In this document: positions 55,389-64,000 of the stretch, piece after piece | How the letters are laid out: each line of letters opens with the position of its first letter | How positions within the stretch are numbered: position 1 is the stretch's first letter | Assembly (NCBI GenBank): GCA_965224485.1 | Contig: CBDCZH010000016.1 | Location: 160,001 to 224,000 of the forward strand | Source: Arcobacteraceae bacterium | GTDB taxonomy: Bacteria; Campylobacterota; Campylobacteria; Campylobacterales; Arcobacteraceae | DNA: 64,000 bases | Direction of reading: 5' to 3' | Made by a program: the position numbers and the translations under genes | Notes under the pieces: model-generated | What the model was told of the DNA's origin: nothing | Databases searched by the model: none | The model's input: only the letters and a program-made list of their open reading frames with translations

Positions 55389-56408
55389 ATGGCTAGAAAA
55401 CATATATATAATCCAGACTCAACTGAGAGTTTAAATGACAGAAGAATCTTTGGTGGAGATTCTGATGGGATGATTAATTTTACTCGTATGAAATATCAAT
55501 GGGCACTTAATCTTTGGGATACAATGGAAGGTAATACTTGGTTTCCAAAAGAAGTTCAAATGACAGGAGATGCTAAAGATTACAAGTTTTTAACAGTTGC
55601 TGAAAAAAGAATGTATGATTTAGTTTTATCTCAATTGATTTTTATGGACTCTTTACAAACAAATAATCTAATGGATAATATAAATCCATATATTACTGCT
55701 CCTGAAGTGAATGCGTGTTTATCAAGACAATCATATGAAGAAGCAAATCATTCTAAATCATACGCTGTTATGGTTGAGTCAATTTCTGATAATACAGATG
55801 AGATTTATGATATGTGGAAAACTGATACTCAATTAAGAGAGAAAAATAATTATATTGCTCATGTTTATGAAGACTTAGCTGGTAATGTAACTAATGAAAA
55901 AATGGTTTTAGCACTTTTTGCAAACCAAATTTTAGAAGGTTTATACTTTTATGCAGGTTTTGCCGCTATGTATGCCTTAGGAAAATCTGGAAAAATGTTA
56001 GGAAGCTCTCAAATGATTAGATTCATTCAAAGAGATGAAGTAACTCACCTTCTTCTTTTCCAAAACATGATTAACTCAGTTAGAAAAGAGAGACCAGAGC
56101 TGTTTACAAAAGAGTTAGAAGTAACAGTAAGAGCTATGTTTAGAAAAGCAGTAGACTTAGAAGCATCATGGGGAGCATATATCACTCAAGGTCAAATTCT
56201 AGGATTTACAGATGCAATCATTAGACAATACATAGAATACCTAGCAGATCAAAGACTACAAGCAGTAGGATATGAAGCAGAATATAACGTAAAACACCCT
56301 ATTCCATGGGTTGATGGTTATTCAAGTTTCAATGATCAAAGAGTTAATTTCTTCGAAGGTAATGTGGTGAATTATTCAAAAGGAAGCATAGACTTCGACG
56401 ATTTCTAA
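55389..56408 (+). CDS. nrdB: Ribonucleotide reductase beta subunit
   Basis: [18 protein letters not shown]. Confidence 0.98.
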   Translation: MARKHIYNPDSTESLNDRRIFGGDSDGMINFTRMKYQWALNLWDTMEGNTWFPKEVQMTGDAKDYKFLTVAEKRMYDLVLSQLIFMDSLQTNNLMDNINPYITAPEVNACLSRQSYEEANHSKSYAVMVESISDNTDEIYDMWKTDTQLREKNNYIAHVYEDLAGNVTNEKMVLALFANQILEGLYFYAGFAAMYALGKSGKMLGSSQMIRFIQRDEVTHLLLFQNMINSVRKERPELFTKELEVTVRAMFRKAVDLEASWGAYITQGQILGFTDAIIRQYIEYLADQRLQAVGYEAEYNVKHPIPWVDGYSSFNDQRVNFFEGNVVNYSKGSIDFDDF

Positions 56409-56557
56409 AAAAAGAAGATTTTCTAATATTTCTTTTTGCCAATCTCTGCGTTGGCAATCGTATTTTATGGACTCACCTACTAAGATGTAGGCTCCTCCAT
56501 AAAATCCAATCACCGCCTTGACCTTAACAAAAATAAACATCATAAAATCTCTTTTTT
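56407..56557. repeat. ERIC-like palindromic element, copy 2 (about 150 bp)
   Basis: Same core as 28416-28501; perfect ATTTTATGGA/TCCATAAAAT and CCTAC/GTAGG stems; long imperfect outer arms. Confidence 0.85.
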
Positions 56558-56659
56558 GAGGATCTTAAATGAAAAAAAGTTTAATTATTGTAATATTCTT
56601 TATAATAGAAGTTACTATTGCATTGATTTGGAATTTTGATACGGAAGAAACATATAATT

Positions 56660-57217
56660 ATGAGGCTATTTATTGTTATTGTCGGATTATTATATCCTCC
56701 ACTTCTCTATTTCTTTACTAAAAAAGATATTAAAAAAATTGAAATTTATACAAAGAAAGATAAATATAAGAATTCAAACTTAAAAAGTGTTGATAAATCA
56801 TATTTATTAGGTTTTATAAAAAATCTTCCTTATGATAGAAATATTATATATAGCCAAGCTCAATTAAAATTTGATTCAGGTGTAACCTCTACAATGAGAG
56901 ATGGAGCAAGTGATATAATAGATTTTTTGTTTGACACATGGCTTCAAATAGGCGATTTTTACGATAATGATCTATTTGATAATCAAAATCCAAAAAAATA
57001 TATAACTAGCTATATTGAAGGAAGATACACTTCTCATTGGGCTAAATATTTACCAAATGGTGGAAATGATATAGGTACTATGTATGCTAATATAGTTGAT
57101 GCAGAAGTTATAAATGACTTAGAAAATGAAATTGTTAGTATTATTAGTGCAATAAGTATGGTTTCAGAAAATATAGATTTTAAAATATTTATAAATGAAT
57201 GGAATACTAAAAGTTAA
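56660..57217 (+). CDS. Hypothetical membrane-anchored protein
   Basis: N-terminal TM helix; ATG at 56660 is preferred over the upstream TTG. Confidence 0.7.
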   Translation: MRLFIVIVGLLYPPLLYFFTKKDIKKIEIYTKKDKYKNSNLKSVDKSYLLGFIKNLPYDRNIIYSQAQLKFDSGVTSTMRDGASDIIDFLFDTWLQIGDFYDNDLFDNQNPKKYITSYIEGRYTSHWAKYLPNGGNDIGTMYANIVDAEVINDLENEIVSIISAISMVSENIDFKIFINEWNTKS

Positions 57218-57264
57218 AACTACTAGTCACTCACGGCTTTGACAGAAACTTCTTTTTACTTTTT

Positions 57265-57318
57265 TTAACCCACCTCTTCCACCTCTCAATGAAGTGCCAA
57301 CGAAGGGGTTTTCTTTTT
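57265..57318 (+). ncRNA. Abi-associated hairpin RNA, copy A
   Basis: ACCTCTTC 57272-57279 pairs with GAAGGGGT 57302-57309; inner CAC/GTG; T tract follows. Confidence 0.65.
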
Positions 57319-57420
57319 TAATCATAAACAATCAAACTATAATCCTTAGTATTTGTCCTTAATATATAATATAATGTAATATATTATTAAAAATGATATA
57401 CTTAAATACTAGGAATTATT

Positions 57421-57546
57421 ATGAATATAAGTTCTAAAAAAATTCTAATATATATTTTAAGTACAACTAAAGAGCATGTAAGCTATACTTACTTTAACAC
57501 ACCTTCTCCACCTCTTTACAATGTGCCAAAGAGAGGGTCTTCATGA
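57421..57546 (+). CDS. Putative 41-aa leader ORF overlapping the abi start codon (ATGA)
   Basis: AGGAA RBS; open frame runs through hairpin B. Confidence 0.35.
   Translation: MNISSKKILIYILSTTKEHVSYTYFNTPSPPLYNVPKRGSS
57469..57542 (+). ncRNA. Abi-associated hairpin RNA, copy B (5' leader of abi)
   Basis: TATACT 57484-57489; ACCTTCTC 57501-57508 pairs with GAGAGGGT 57531-57538. Confidence 0.7.
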
Positions 57547-57657
57547 TTGATTTCAAAAAACAACTTATTAATATTAAAAATCAAAAAAATTCTTATACTA
57601 AAATACACAAAACTTTTGATGAACAACTGTCAATATTAAAGGAAAGAGAATTAAATA

Positions 57658-58774
57658 CGCCAATTCAACTCTAAAGTGCAACAAATATAGGCAAAATTAT
57701 GCCACCATCTTTCTTGAAACTTCCTTCAAAAATATCTCATTCGGAGTATAATATTTTAGTATCTTTCTTGGTCTATTATTTAACCTGTTTTGTATTATAA
57801 GTATTTGAGTATTATTTACATTCTCAAAGCTTGATTTTTTAGGAATATATTCTCTCACCAATCCATTTGTATGTTCATTTAATCCTCTTTGCCAAGATGA
57901 ATAAGGATCACAAAAATAAAACTTTATATTTAATTCTTTTGCTATTTCTTCATGATAAGAAAACTCTTTGCCATTATCTGATGTAATGGTATGAACTAAA
58001 TTCCTTATTGGATATAACAACTCTATAATAGCTTGCGTAACTGCACCAGCTTGTTTTGATTCAACTATCCTCATTAGTGTAAACTTACTCTTTCTATCTA
58101 CTAATGTAACAATTGCACCTTTATGGTCTTTCCCAATAATAGTATCTACTTCAAAGTCTCCAAATCTAGTTTTAGTCTCAATTATTTTAGCTCGTTGACT
58201 TATATTAACTCTATTCTTTATTTGACCTCTTGTTTTATATTGACTACTTCTATTTCCATACTTTTTGTTCTTATGTCTTAAATATTTATATAATCTTCCA
58301 CCACTTATTTGATTTGCATAAATATACCTATATACTGTTTCATAAGATATATTAGCTATTTTATGTAGTTTTAGTCTTCCTGTTAATTGCTCAGGAGATA
58401 ATCCTTCTTTTAATAACTTGCCAATCTTTAGTTTTAACTTCTTTGTTATCTTGTGATACCTATCTTTAAACTTGTCTCTAGAGACAGCACTTATATGAGC
58501 ATCCTCAGGACTGTAGTAATCATTGTTACTATTTCTTTTAAGCTCTCTTGATATGGTTGATTTATTAACACCTAGTAACTCTGCAATTTTAGATTGTGTA
58601 TAATTTTCGTTTTTATAAGCAAATATTTGATACCTTAATGAAAACCTAAGGTTAATTGTTTATACTTTTCCATTTAATGCTCCATTTATCCTGCAAGATA
58701 TTGAGCTTAAATTGTATATCAATCAGCCTTACATCTTACATTACTCTATGTTGCACTTTAAGTGTGAAAAGAGG
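57658..58774 (-). mobile_element. IS30 family insertion sequence, 1117 bp
   Basis: 26-bp imperfect IRs 57658-57683 and 58749-58774 (18/26 identical, shared TAAAGTGCAACA); ATA target duplication at 57655-57657 and 58775-58777. Confidence 0.95.
57697..58673 (-). pseudogene. IS30 transposase with N-terminal frameshift
   Basis: ATG at 58673 gives MEKYKQLTL then a stop; the main frame 58635-57697 has KSTISRELKRN, GDFEVDT, DNGKEF, WQRGLNEHTNG, LNNRPRK. Confidence 0.92.
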
Positions 58775-59618
58775 ATATTAGCAATGATTCTTTTGTATTA
58801 ACAAAACTAGAACATATTAATTACTATAGATTAAGTGCATATTTTATACCTCTTCAGCATGAAAAAAGTAATATTTTTTGCCTAATATAAGCTTTGAAGA
58901 TATCTTATCTTTATACTATTTTGATAGTGAGTTAAGAAAGATTGTTTTTGAATCACTTGAGAGTATTGAAATATATTTTAGAACTCAAATTGCTTATTAT
59001 CACTCTTTAAAATATAATGCATTTGGATATTTAGATTATGATAGTTTTAGAAAGAATAAAACTGAGCAGGTTAAAAGAGTTCAAGATAATATTTTAAAAG
59101 AGAGAAAAAGATCAAGTGAGTTTTTTATAAAACATTTTAAAAAAGAATATAACTGTGAGAATTTACCAATATGGAGTGCAGTTGAAGTTATATCTTTTGG
59201 AACATTATCAAAGTTGTTTATGATATTAAAAGAAGAAGAACAAAATAAAATTTTAAATAAAATTCCAAGAATAAATAAACTTGTTGCTTATAAATGGTTA
59301 CATGCATTATCTAGTGTAAGAAATATGTGTGCACATCATAGTAGGCTTTGGAATAGAACACTAGGTGTTAGTTTTGAAGTACCTAAAGGTTTTGATGCTT
59401 TTGAGAGTATAAGAAAAAGTAAAAACAAGGTATTCTTTGCCTTAAGTGTTATTGAATACTTGCTTAATTGTATTGGTGAAGATGAGATAGCGTTTAAGTC
59501 TAAAATTAAAAATCTAATAAAAAAACACCCAAAGGTAAAACTTGAAAGTATGGGATTTACAGAAAAATGGGAAGACAATCTTATTTGGAGTAATAATGTC
59601 ATCTTCTTAATTACACAC

Positions 59619-59696
59619 AAAGAGTATGTAAGTTATACTTTCTTTAACACACCTCTTCCACCTCTTTTCAATGTGCAAATCGAGGAGGTTTTCTTT
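59619..59696 (+). ncRNA. Abi-associated hairpin RNA, copy C
   Basis: TATACT 59634-59639; ACCTCTTC 59651-59658 pairs with GAGGAGGT 59682-59689; T tract follows. Confidence 0.7.
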
Positions 59697-59850
59697 ATTG
59701 ACAATCAACTATCAACCATTAACTACAAATAGCCATTAGCCACAAACCAACAATAATGATTCTTAGTATTTAAAGCTAAGCCAAAACCTTAAAACTACTC
59801 TAATTTAAAAAGTATTAAACTATTGTATACGAAAGAATAAGGAGGCTCAC

Positions 59851-60192
59851 ATGATAGTACATGGAATCACTTTAGATTTTGATGATATTAAAACTTGTGG
59901 TTTATTACCAGACCTATGTGCTAATTGGGACAGGCGCTCAGAAGAGTTAGTTGAACTTGAAACAATTGCTCAATACTGGGATGAAAACATCAAAATATTA
60001 CTAAAACAAACTAAAAAATTAATTATTGGAAATATTGGAAATAAATCTATTGTTTACTCTTACGATAAAGACGCTATTTTAAAAATAAAAGAAACCTTTA
60101 AAGAGTTTACATTAACACAAATGGAATATAAAGTAATAAATCATGATATTGATTATATTGTGCATGATTATTTAAAATTTTATGTTGTATAA
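59851..60192 (+). CDS. Hypothetical protein
   Basis: Strong AAGGAGG RBS, 113-aa ORF. Confidence 0.8.
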   Translation: MIVHGITLDFDDIKTCGLLPDLCANWDRRSEELVELETIAQYWDENIKILLKQTKKLIIGNIGNKSIVYSYDKDAILKIKETFKEFTLTQMEYKVINHDIDYIVHDYLKFYVV

Positions 60193-60336
60193 TTAGAAGT
60201 TATTTTCTTAAATAATATAATTTGTATATAAAAATATAAATAATTTTATAGAATAGCCTTTTAAAGGCTCTAAATATAATCTTCTTTTAAAAATAATTTT
60301 GTATACTATCTTTAAATAACTAGTCATGTAGGTAAA

Positions 60337-61785
60337 ATGAATAAATTACGTTTACATTTTGATGAATATCTCTCGATATTTATATTTATAATACTTTCTT
60401 TTTTTGCAGTATATACAGAATTTGCAGAAGTGTTTTTCAATTATACTAAAGATTATGAAGATTATGAACTTGATGAATCTTTAGGAATACTTCTCTCTTT
60501 TTCTTTAGTTTTAGCATTTTATTCTCATAAAAAATATCTTGATTTAAAACATAGTAAGGAACTTTTTTATAAGTTAAGTACAAGTGATACTTTAACAGGT
60601 TTATTAAATAGGGAAGCTTTTTTTAATGATCTTAAAGAAACAAGCGATTCTTATGTTGTATTAGTAAATATAATTGATTTTAAATCTATAAATAAAGTTT
60701 TGGGTTTTGCAAAATCTGATGAATTTTTAAAAGTTTTTAGTACAAAACTTTTTACAATTTCTTTAAATAACAAGGCTTTGAATTTATATAGACTTTATGG
60801 TGATGAGTTTGCTTTAATTTTAGATAAAAAGTTTGATATACATGAAACTTGTGAGAACATTACAAAAGAATTTGAACAAAATTCTATTACTTTTGAAAAA
60901 AACGATTTTCATATTTCAATAAACTTATCATATTCTGATATTGAACCAAAATTTTTGACTGCAACTCTAGCTATGCAAGAGTGTAAAAAATCTCTAGATA
61001 AAAATATAGTTTCTTATAAAAAAGAGTATTACAATTTACAAGAGAATAAAGATACTTTAAATATGTTAACAGTAATAAAAAATGCAATTTTTTCTGATGA
61101 TATCATTCCTGTATATCATTCTATTATTGATAATAAAACACAAGAAATATACAAATATGAAACATTAGCTAGAATAAAACAAAAAAATAATGAATTATTA
61201 TCACCTTATTTTTTTATTGAATTATCTAAAAAATTTAAACTATATCCTTCTATTACAAAAAATATTATAAAAAAATCTTTTAATGATTTTAAACATAATA
61301 ATATGAACTTTTCAATTAACTTTTCATATTTAGATATTCATAATGAACAAATATTAAACTATTTTTATAAAATATTAAAAGACAATGTTCAAACTGCAAA
61401 AAGATTAACCATAGAGATACTTGAAACTGAAAATATTACTTCATATGAAGAATTACTGTCTTTTAGGCATATGATTAAAAAATATGGATGTAAGTTAGCT
61501 ATTGATGACTTTGGAGCTGGATATTCTAATTGGATAAATATTTTACAAATTAAACCTGATTTTATAAAACTTGATGGTTCTTTAATTCAAAATCTTTTAT
61601 TAACTAATGAGAGTAAAAATCTAGTTAAATCTATTGTTTCTTTTTCAAGAGAAAATAATATTAAAACAATTGCAGAATATGTATCAAATAAAGAGTTAGC
61701 AATTTTAGTAAATGAGTTAGGAATTGATTATTCTCAAGGTTATTATTATTCCCAACCTGTAGAAATAAATAAAATAGAATACTAA
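60337..61785 (+). CDS. Membrane GGDEF-EAL protein, probably a c-di-GMP phosphodiesterase
   Basis: DTLTGLLNR, degenerate YGDEF, YETLAR, DDFGAGYS, IAEYV, QGY. Confidence 0.92.
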   Translation: MNKLRLHFDEYLSIFIFIILSFFAVYTEFAEVFFNYTKDYEDYELDESLGILLSFSLVLAFYSHKKYLDLKHSKELFYKLSTSDTLTGLLNREAFFNDLKETSDSYVVLVNIIDFKSINKVLGFAKSDEFLKVFSTKLFTISLNNKALNLYRLYGDEFALILDKKFDIHETCENITKEFEQNSITFEKNDFHISINLSYSDIEPKFLTATLAMQECKKSLDKNIVSYKKEYYNLQENKDTLNMLTVIKNAIFSDDIIPVYHSIIDNKTQEIYKYETLARIKQKNNELLSPYFFIELSKKFKLYPSITKNIIKKSFNDFKHNNMNFSINFSYLDIHNEQILNYFYKILKDNVQTAKRLTIEILETENITSYEELLSFRHMIKKYGCKLAIDDFGAGYSNWINILQIKPDFIKLDGSLIQNLLLTNESKNLVKSIVSFSRENNIKTIAEYVSNKELAILVNELGIDYSQGYYYSQPVEINKIEY

Positions 61786-61921
61786 AAAATAATCTAAATA
61801 TTTATCCTTTAATTGTTAATCTATGTGCATTTAGGAAAAAATTACTTTAAAATAACCTAATAATTGCCAAAAAGATTAAAAAATAAGATATAATATTTTA
61901 ATTTTAATAAGGAGTCTTATT

Positions 61922-62854
61922 ATGAATTTATTGAGTAAAGTTATATTATTACTACTTTCTTTAATAATTTTAATCATATCTTGTGTTTATAATCACGTCG
62001 AAGAACTAGAAAATAAAAATCCAATATTTGATATACCAAATAAATTAGAAAATTTTATAAAAAATGAACTTTTTATTGAAAATGAAAATACAGATAATTT
62101 AGAAGAAAATTTTAAAAAAACAAAAGAACCTTTATCTAATATTTTAGATGAAAATGAAAGTATAGAAAAATTTAACGTTTTAGAAGATGTAAAACAAGAA
62201 GATAAAATAGAAGCTAATCTTAACTTACAAAATAATGTAGAAATTATAAGTAAAAAAGAAAATGTTGATATCAAAATAAATCCTCTAAAAATAGAAGATA
62301 AAATTATCAAAAAAGATAATTTAGAGAATATAGATAAAGTAAATAAATTAGAGAAAAAAGATGTTTCAGATAAAAAATACATAAAAGTATTATTGAAAAC
62401 TAAGTTATTAAAAGAAGACAAGGTAGAGAGTAAAGAAGTAGTATCTTCTCCTATTGCCAAAGATGAATCTTTTAGTAAAAATAGTAATTTATTAATTCAA
62501 AAAGAAATAAATGAAGAAATTAAGAAACAAAGAATTATTTTTAAAATAAAAAGTTTCAAACTTTCAAATAAGAGTTATATACTTATTAAAAAAATTGCTC
62601 TTATTTTAAAAAAGAATAAAGATATAAGAATTGAAGTAGCTGGTCATACTGATGCAAAAGGTGATGAAAAAGTAAATCAATATTATTCTTTTAATAGAGC
62701 AAAAATAGTTAAAAAAGAGTTAGTGAAATATGGAATTAATAAATCAAGAATAGTAGCTAAAGGTTATGGAGAGAGTAAACCTTTAGTTAAAAATGACCCT
62801 CAAGGTTATTCGAAAATTAATAGAAGAGTAGAATTTAATATAATAGAGGAATAA
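61922..62854 (+). CDS. OmpA-like peptidoglycan-binding domain protein
   Basis: GHTD..G, GYGESKP, NRRVEF. Confidence 0.9.
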   Translation: MNLLSKVILLLLSLIILIISCVYNHVEELENKNPIFDIPNKLENFIKNELFIENENTDNLEENFKKTKEPLSNILDENESIEKFNVLEDVKQEDKIEANLNLQNNVEIISKKENVDIKINPLKIEDKIIKKDNLENIDKVNKLEKKDVSDKKYIKVLLKTKLLKEDKVESKEVVSSPIAKDESFSKNSNLLIQKEINEEIKKQRIIFKIKSFKLSNKSYILIKKIALILKKNKDIRIEVAGHTDAKGDEKVNQYYSFNRAKIVKKELVKYGINKSRIVAKGYGESKPLVKNDPQGYSKINRRVEFNIIEE

Positions 62855-62858
62855 AAAA

Positions 62859-63251
62859 ATGAGTAGTTTAGCTTTAGAAATTGTTTATTGTTTATTGATT
62901 GCTGCCTTTATTGGCTTTTTAATTGGATATTTAATTGGAAAAGCAAGTGCTGTTAAAAGATGTGGTAATTCATTTACAAATAATTCTTATAAAAAACAAG
63001 GTAATATTTACCACAAACCTTTTATTTTAAGTAATGCAAGACCTTCAGGAGCAGATGAACTTACTTTAGTTGATGGAATTGATAATACAATTAAAACAAA
63101 ATTAAATTCTATGGGTATTTTTCATATTGATCAAATAGCTAACTGGAGTAATGATAACGCAATTTGGGTTGATAATTTTTTAGAATTAGAAAAAAAACCA
63201 CAAAACGAGAATTGGAGTTCTCAAGCAAAAGAGTTATTAAAACAGAAGTAA
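62859..63251 (+). CDS. Membrane protein with helix-hairpin-helix-like C-terminus
   Basis: TM helix, then DELT.VDGI...LN.MGIFH..QIANW. Confidence 0.8.
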   Translation: MSSLALEIVYCLLIAAFIGFLIGYLIGKASAVKRCGNSFTNNSYKKQGNIYHKPFILSNARPSGADELTLVDGIDNTIKTKLNSMGIFHIDQIANWSNDNAIWVDNFLELEKKPQNENWSSQAKELLKQK

Positions 63252-63314
63252 TAAAGGTAGTTTAAATTTTTAAACTACTTCTTTATACCTAATTCTAACT
63301 ATTTCCTAATTTTC

Positions 63315-64000
63315 TTAATGTCCTCTAAGTTCATCTTTTGCTCTTTGTATTAATTCATTTATTTTTTCTTCATAAAAAAAGGCTGTTTTTTCATTGTTGG
63401 ATTCAAATCTTGTAACTAAAACAGGAGTTGTATTTGAAGCTCTAACTAAGGCCCAACCATTTTCAAAAACAATTCTAACTCCATCAATATCAAAAATATT
63501 TATGATTTTAGGAAAATCTTTTGTAGGGTTTTTCAATAATTCTTTTACTTTAGCAACTAATAAGAACTTTTCTTCTTCACTAGTTTCTACTTTAATCTCT
63601 TCACTTGAAAATACTTTAGGGAGTTTTGCTATTTCTTCATCAACATCCATACCATTTTGTAATAATTCTAAAATTCTAAGAGTTACGTAAATTGCATCAT
63701 CAAAACCAAAATACCTATCATTAAAGAATATATGACCAGAAACCTCAGCCGCCATATGTGCATTTACTTCTTTTAGTTTTACTTTTAAATTGCTATGTCC
63801 GGTTTTATACATAATAGCAGTTCCTGTTTCATTGATCAAATCATACATTATTTGAGAACATTTAACTTCTCCAACAATTATAGGATTTTTCATAGTTTTT
63901 GAAAATAATATAGCTAAAATATCACCTTTAATATTGTTTTTCTTTGTTAAAAAGGCAATTCTATCTGCATCTCCATCATAGGCAAATGCATAATCAAACT
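63315..64000 (-). CDS. Phosphomannomutase/phosphoglucomutase, C-terminal part
   Basis: AYDGDADR near the window edge, AEVSGH, RASNTTP; 5' end lies outside the window. Confidence 0.95.
   Translation of the reverse strand, partial: FDYAFAYDGDADRIAFLTKKNNIKGDILAILFSKTMKNPIIVGEVKCSQIMYDLINETGTAIMYKTGHSNLKVKLKEVNAHMAAEVSGHIFFNDRYFGFDDAIYVTLRILELLQNGMDVDEEIAKLPKVFSSEEIKVETSEEEKFLLVAKVKELLKNPTKDFPKIINIFDIDGVRIVFENGWALVRASNTTPVLVTRFESNNEKTAFFYEEKINELIQRAKDELRGH

Larger units (their letters stand above)
57543..59732 (+). pseudogene. Abi family (AbiD/AbiF-like, HEPN) protein, split by IS30 and frameshifted
   Basis: 5' part KTFDEQLSILKER (57543-57657); resumes after the IS with INYYRLSAYF; frameshift near the T6 run 58874-58879; then YYFDSELR, LPIW...SFGTLS, RNMCAHH.RLWN. 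Confidence 0.92.

Noticed and set aside
57265..59696. CRISPR array interpretation of the three repeats
   Set aside because: Spacing is irregular (about 230 bp and, without the IS, about 1 kb), the copies diverge, and no cas genes are present.
57697..59732. ORF-track calls 57697-58074 and 58878-59732 as intact genes
   Set aside because: They are fragments of the frameshifted IS30 transposase and of the disrupted abi gene.

Overview
Very AT-rich chromosomal window from an Arcobacteraceae-like member of Campylobacterota; the taxon is inferred from protein sequences and gene order. It spans the replication origin (ruvC | oriC1 | dnaA | oriC2 | dnaN-gyrB). Housekeeping and metabolic content: a metal-transport cluster, a Tat-exported S/N-oxide reductase with a monoheme cytochrome, typA, glutaminase, a complete glycine cleavage operon (gcvT-H-PA-PB-lipA-lpdA), purN, thiI, eutBC plus ethanolamine permease, queF, SRP RNA, modE-modA-TOBE-modB-modC and purB-nrdAB. 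Two accessory patches begin right after gyrB and right after nrdB, each preceded by a related 120-150 bp ERIC-like palindrome. The gyrB patch carries an HNH-like zinc-finger gene and a DNA-binding protein plus Fic/Doc pair. The nrdB patch carries the most interesting locus: an AbiD/AbiF-family HEPN RNase gene flanked by three covarying 38-39 nt RNA hairpins, a candidate RNA-antitoxin (type III TA-like) defence system. That gene is now broken by an IS30 insertion with a 3-bp target duplication and by a homopolymer frameshift. All calls come from reading the sequence by eye; no searches were run.
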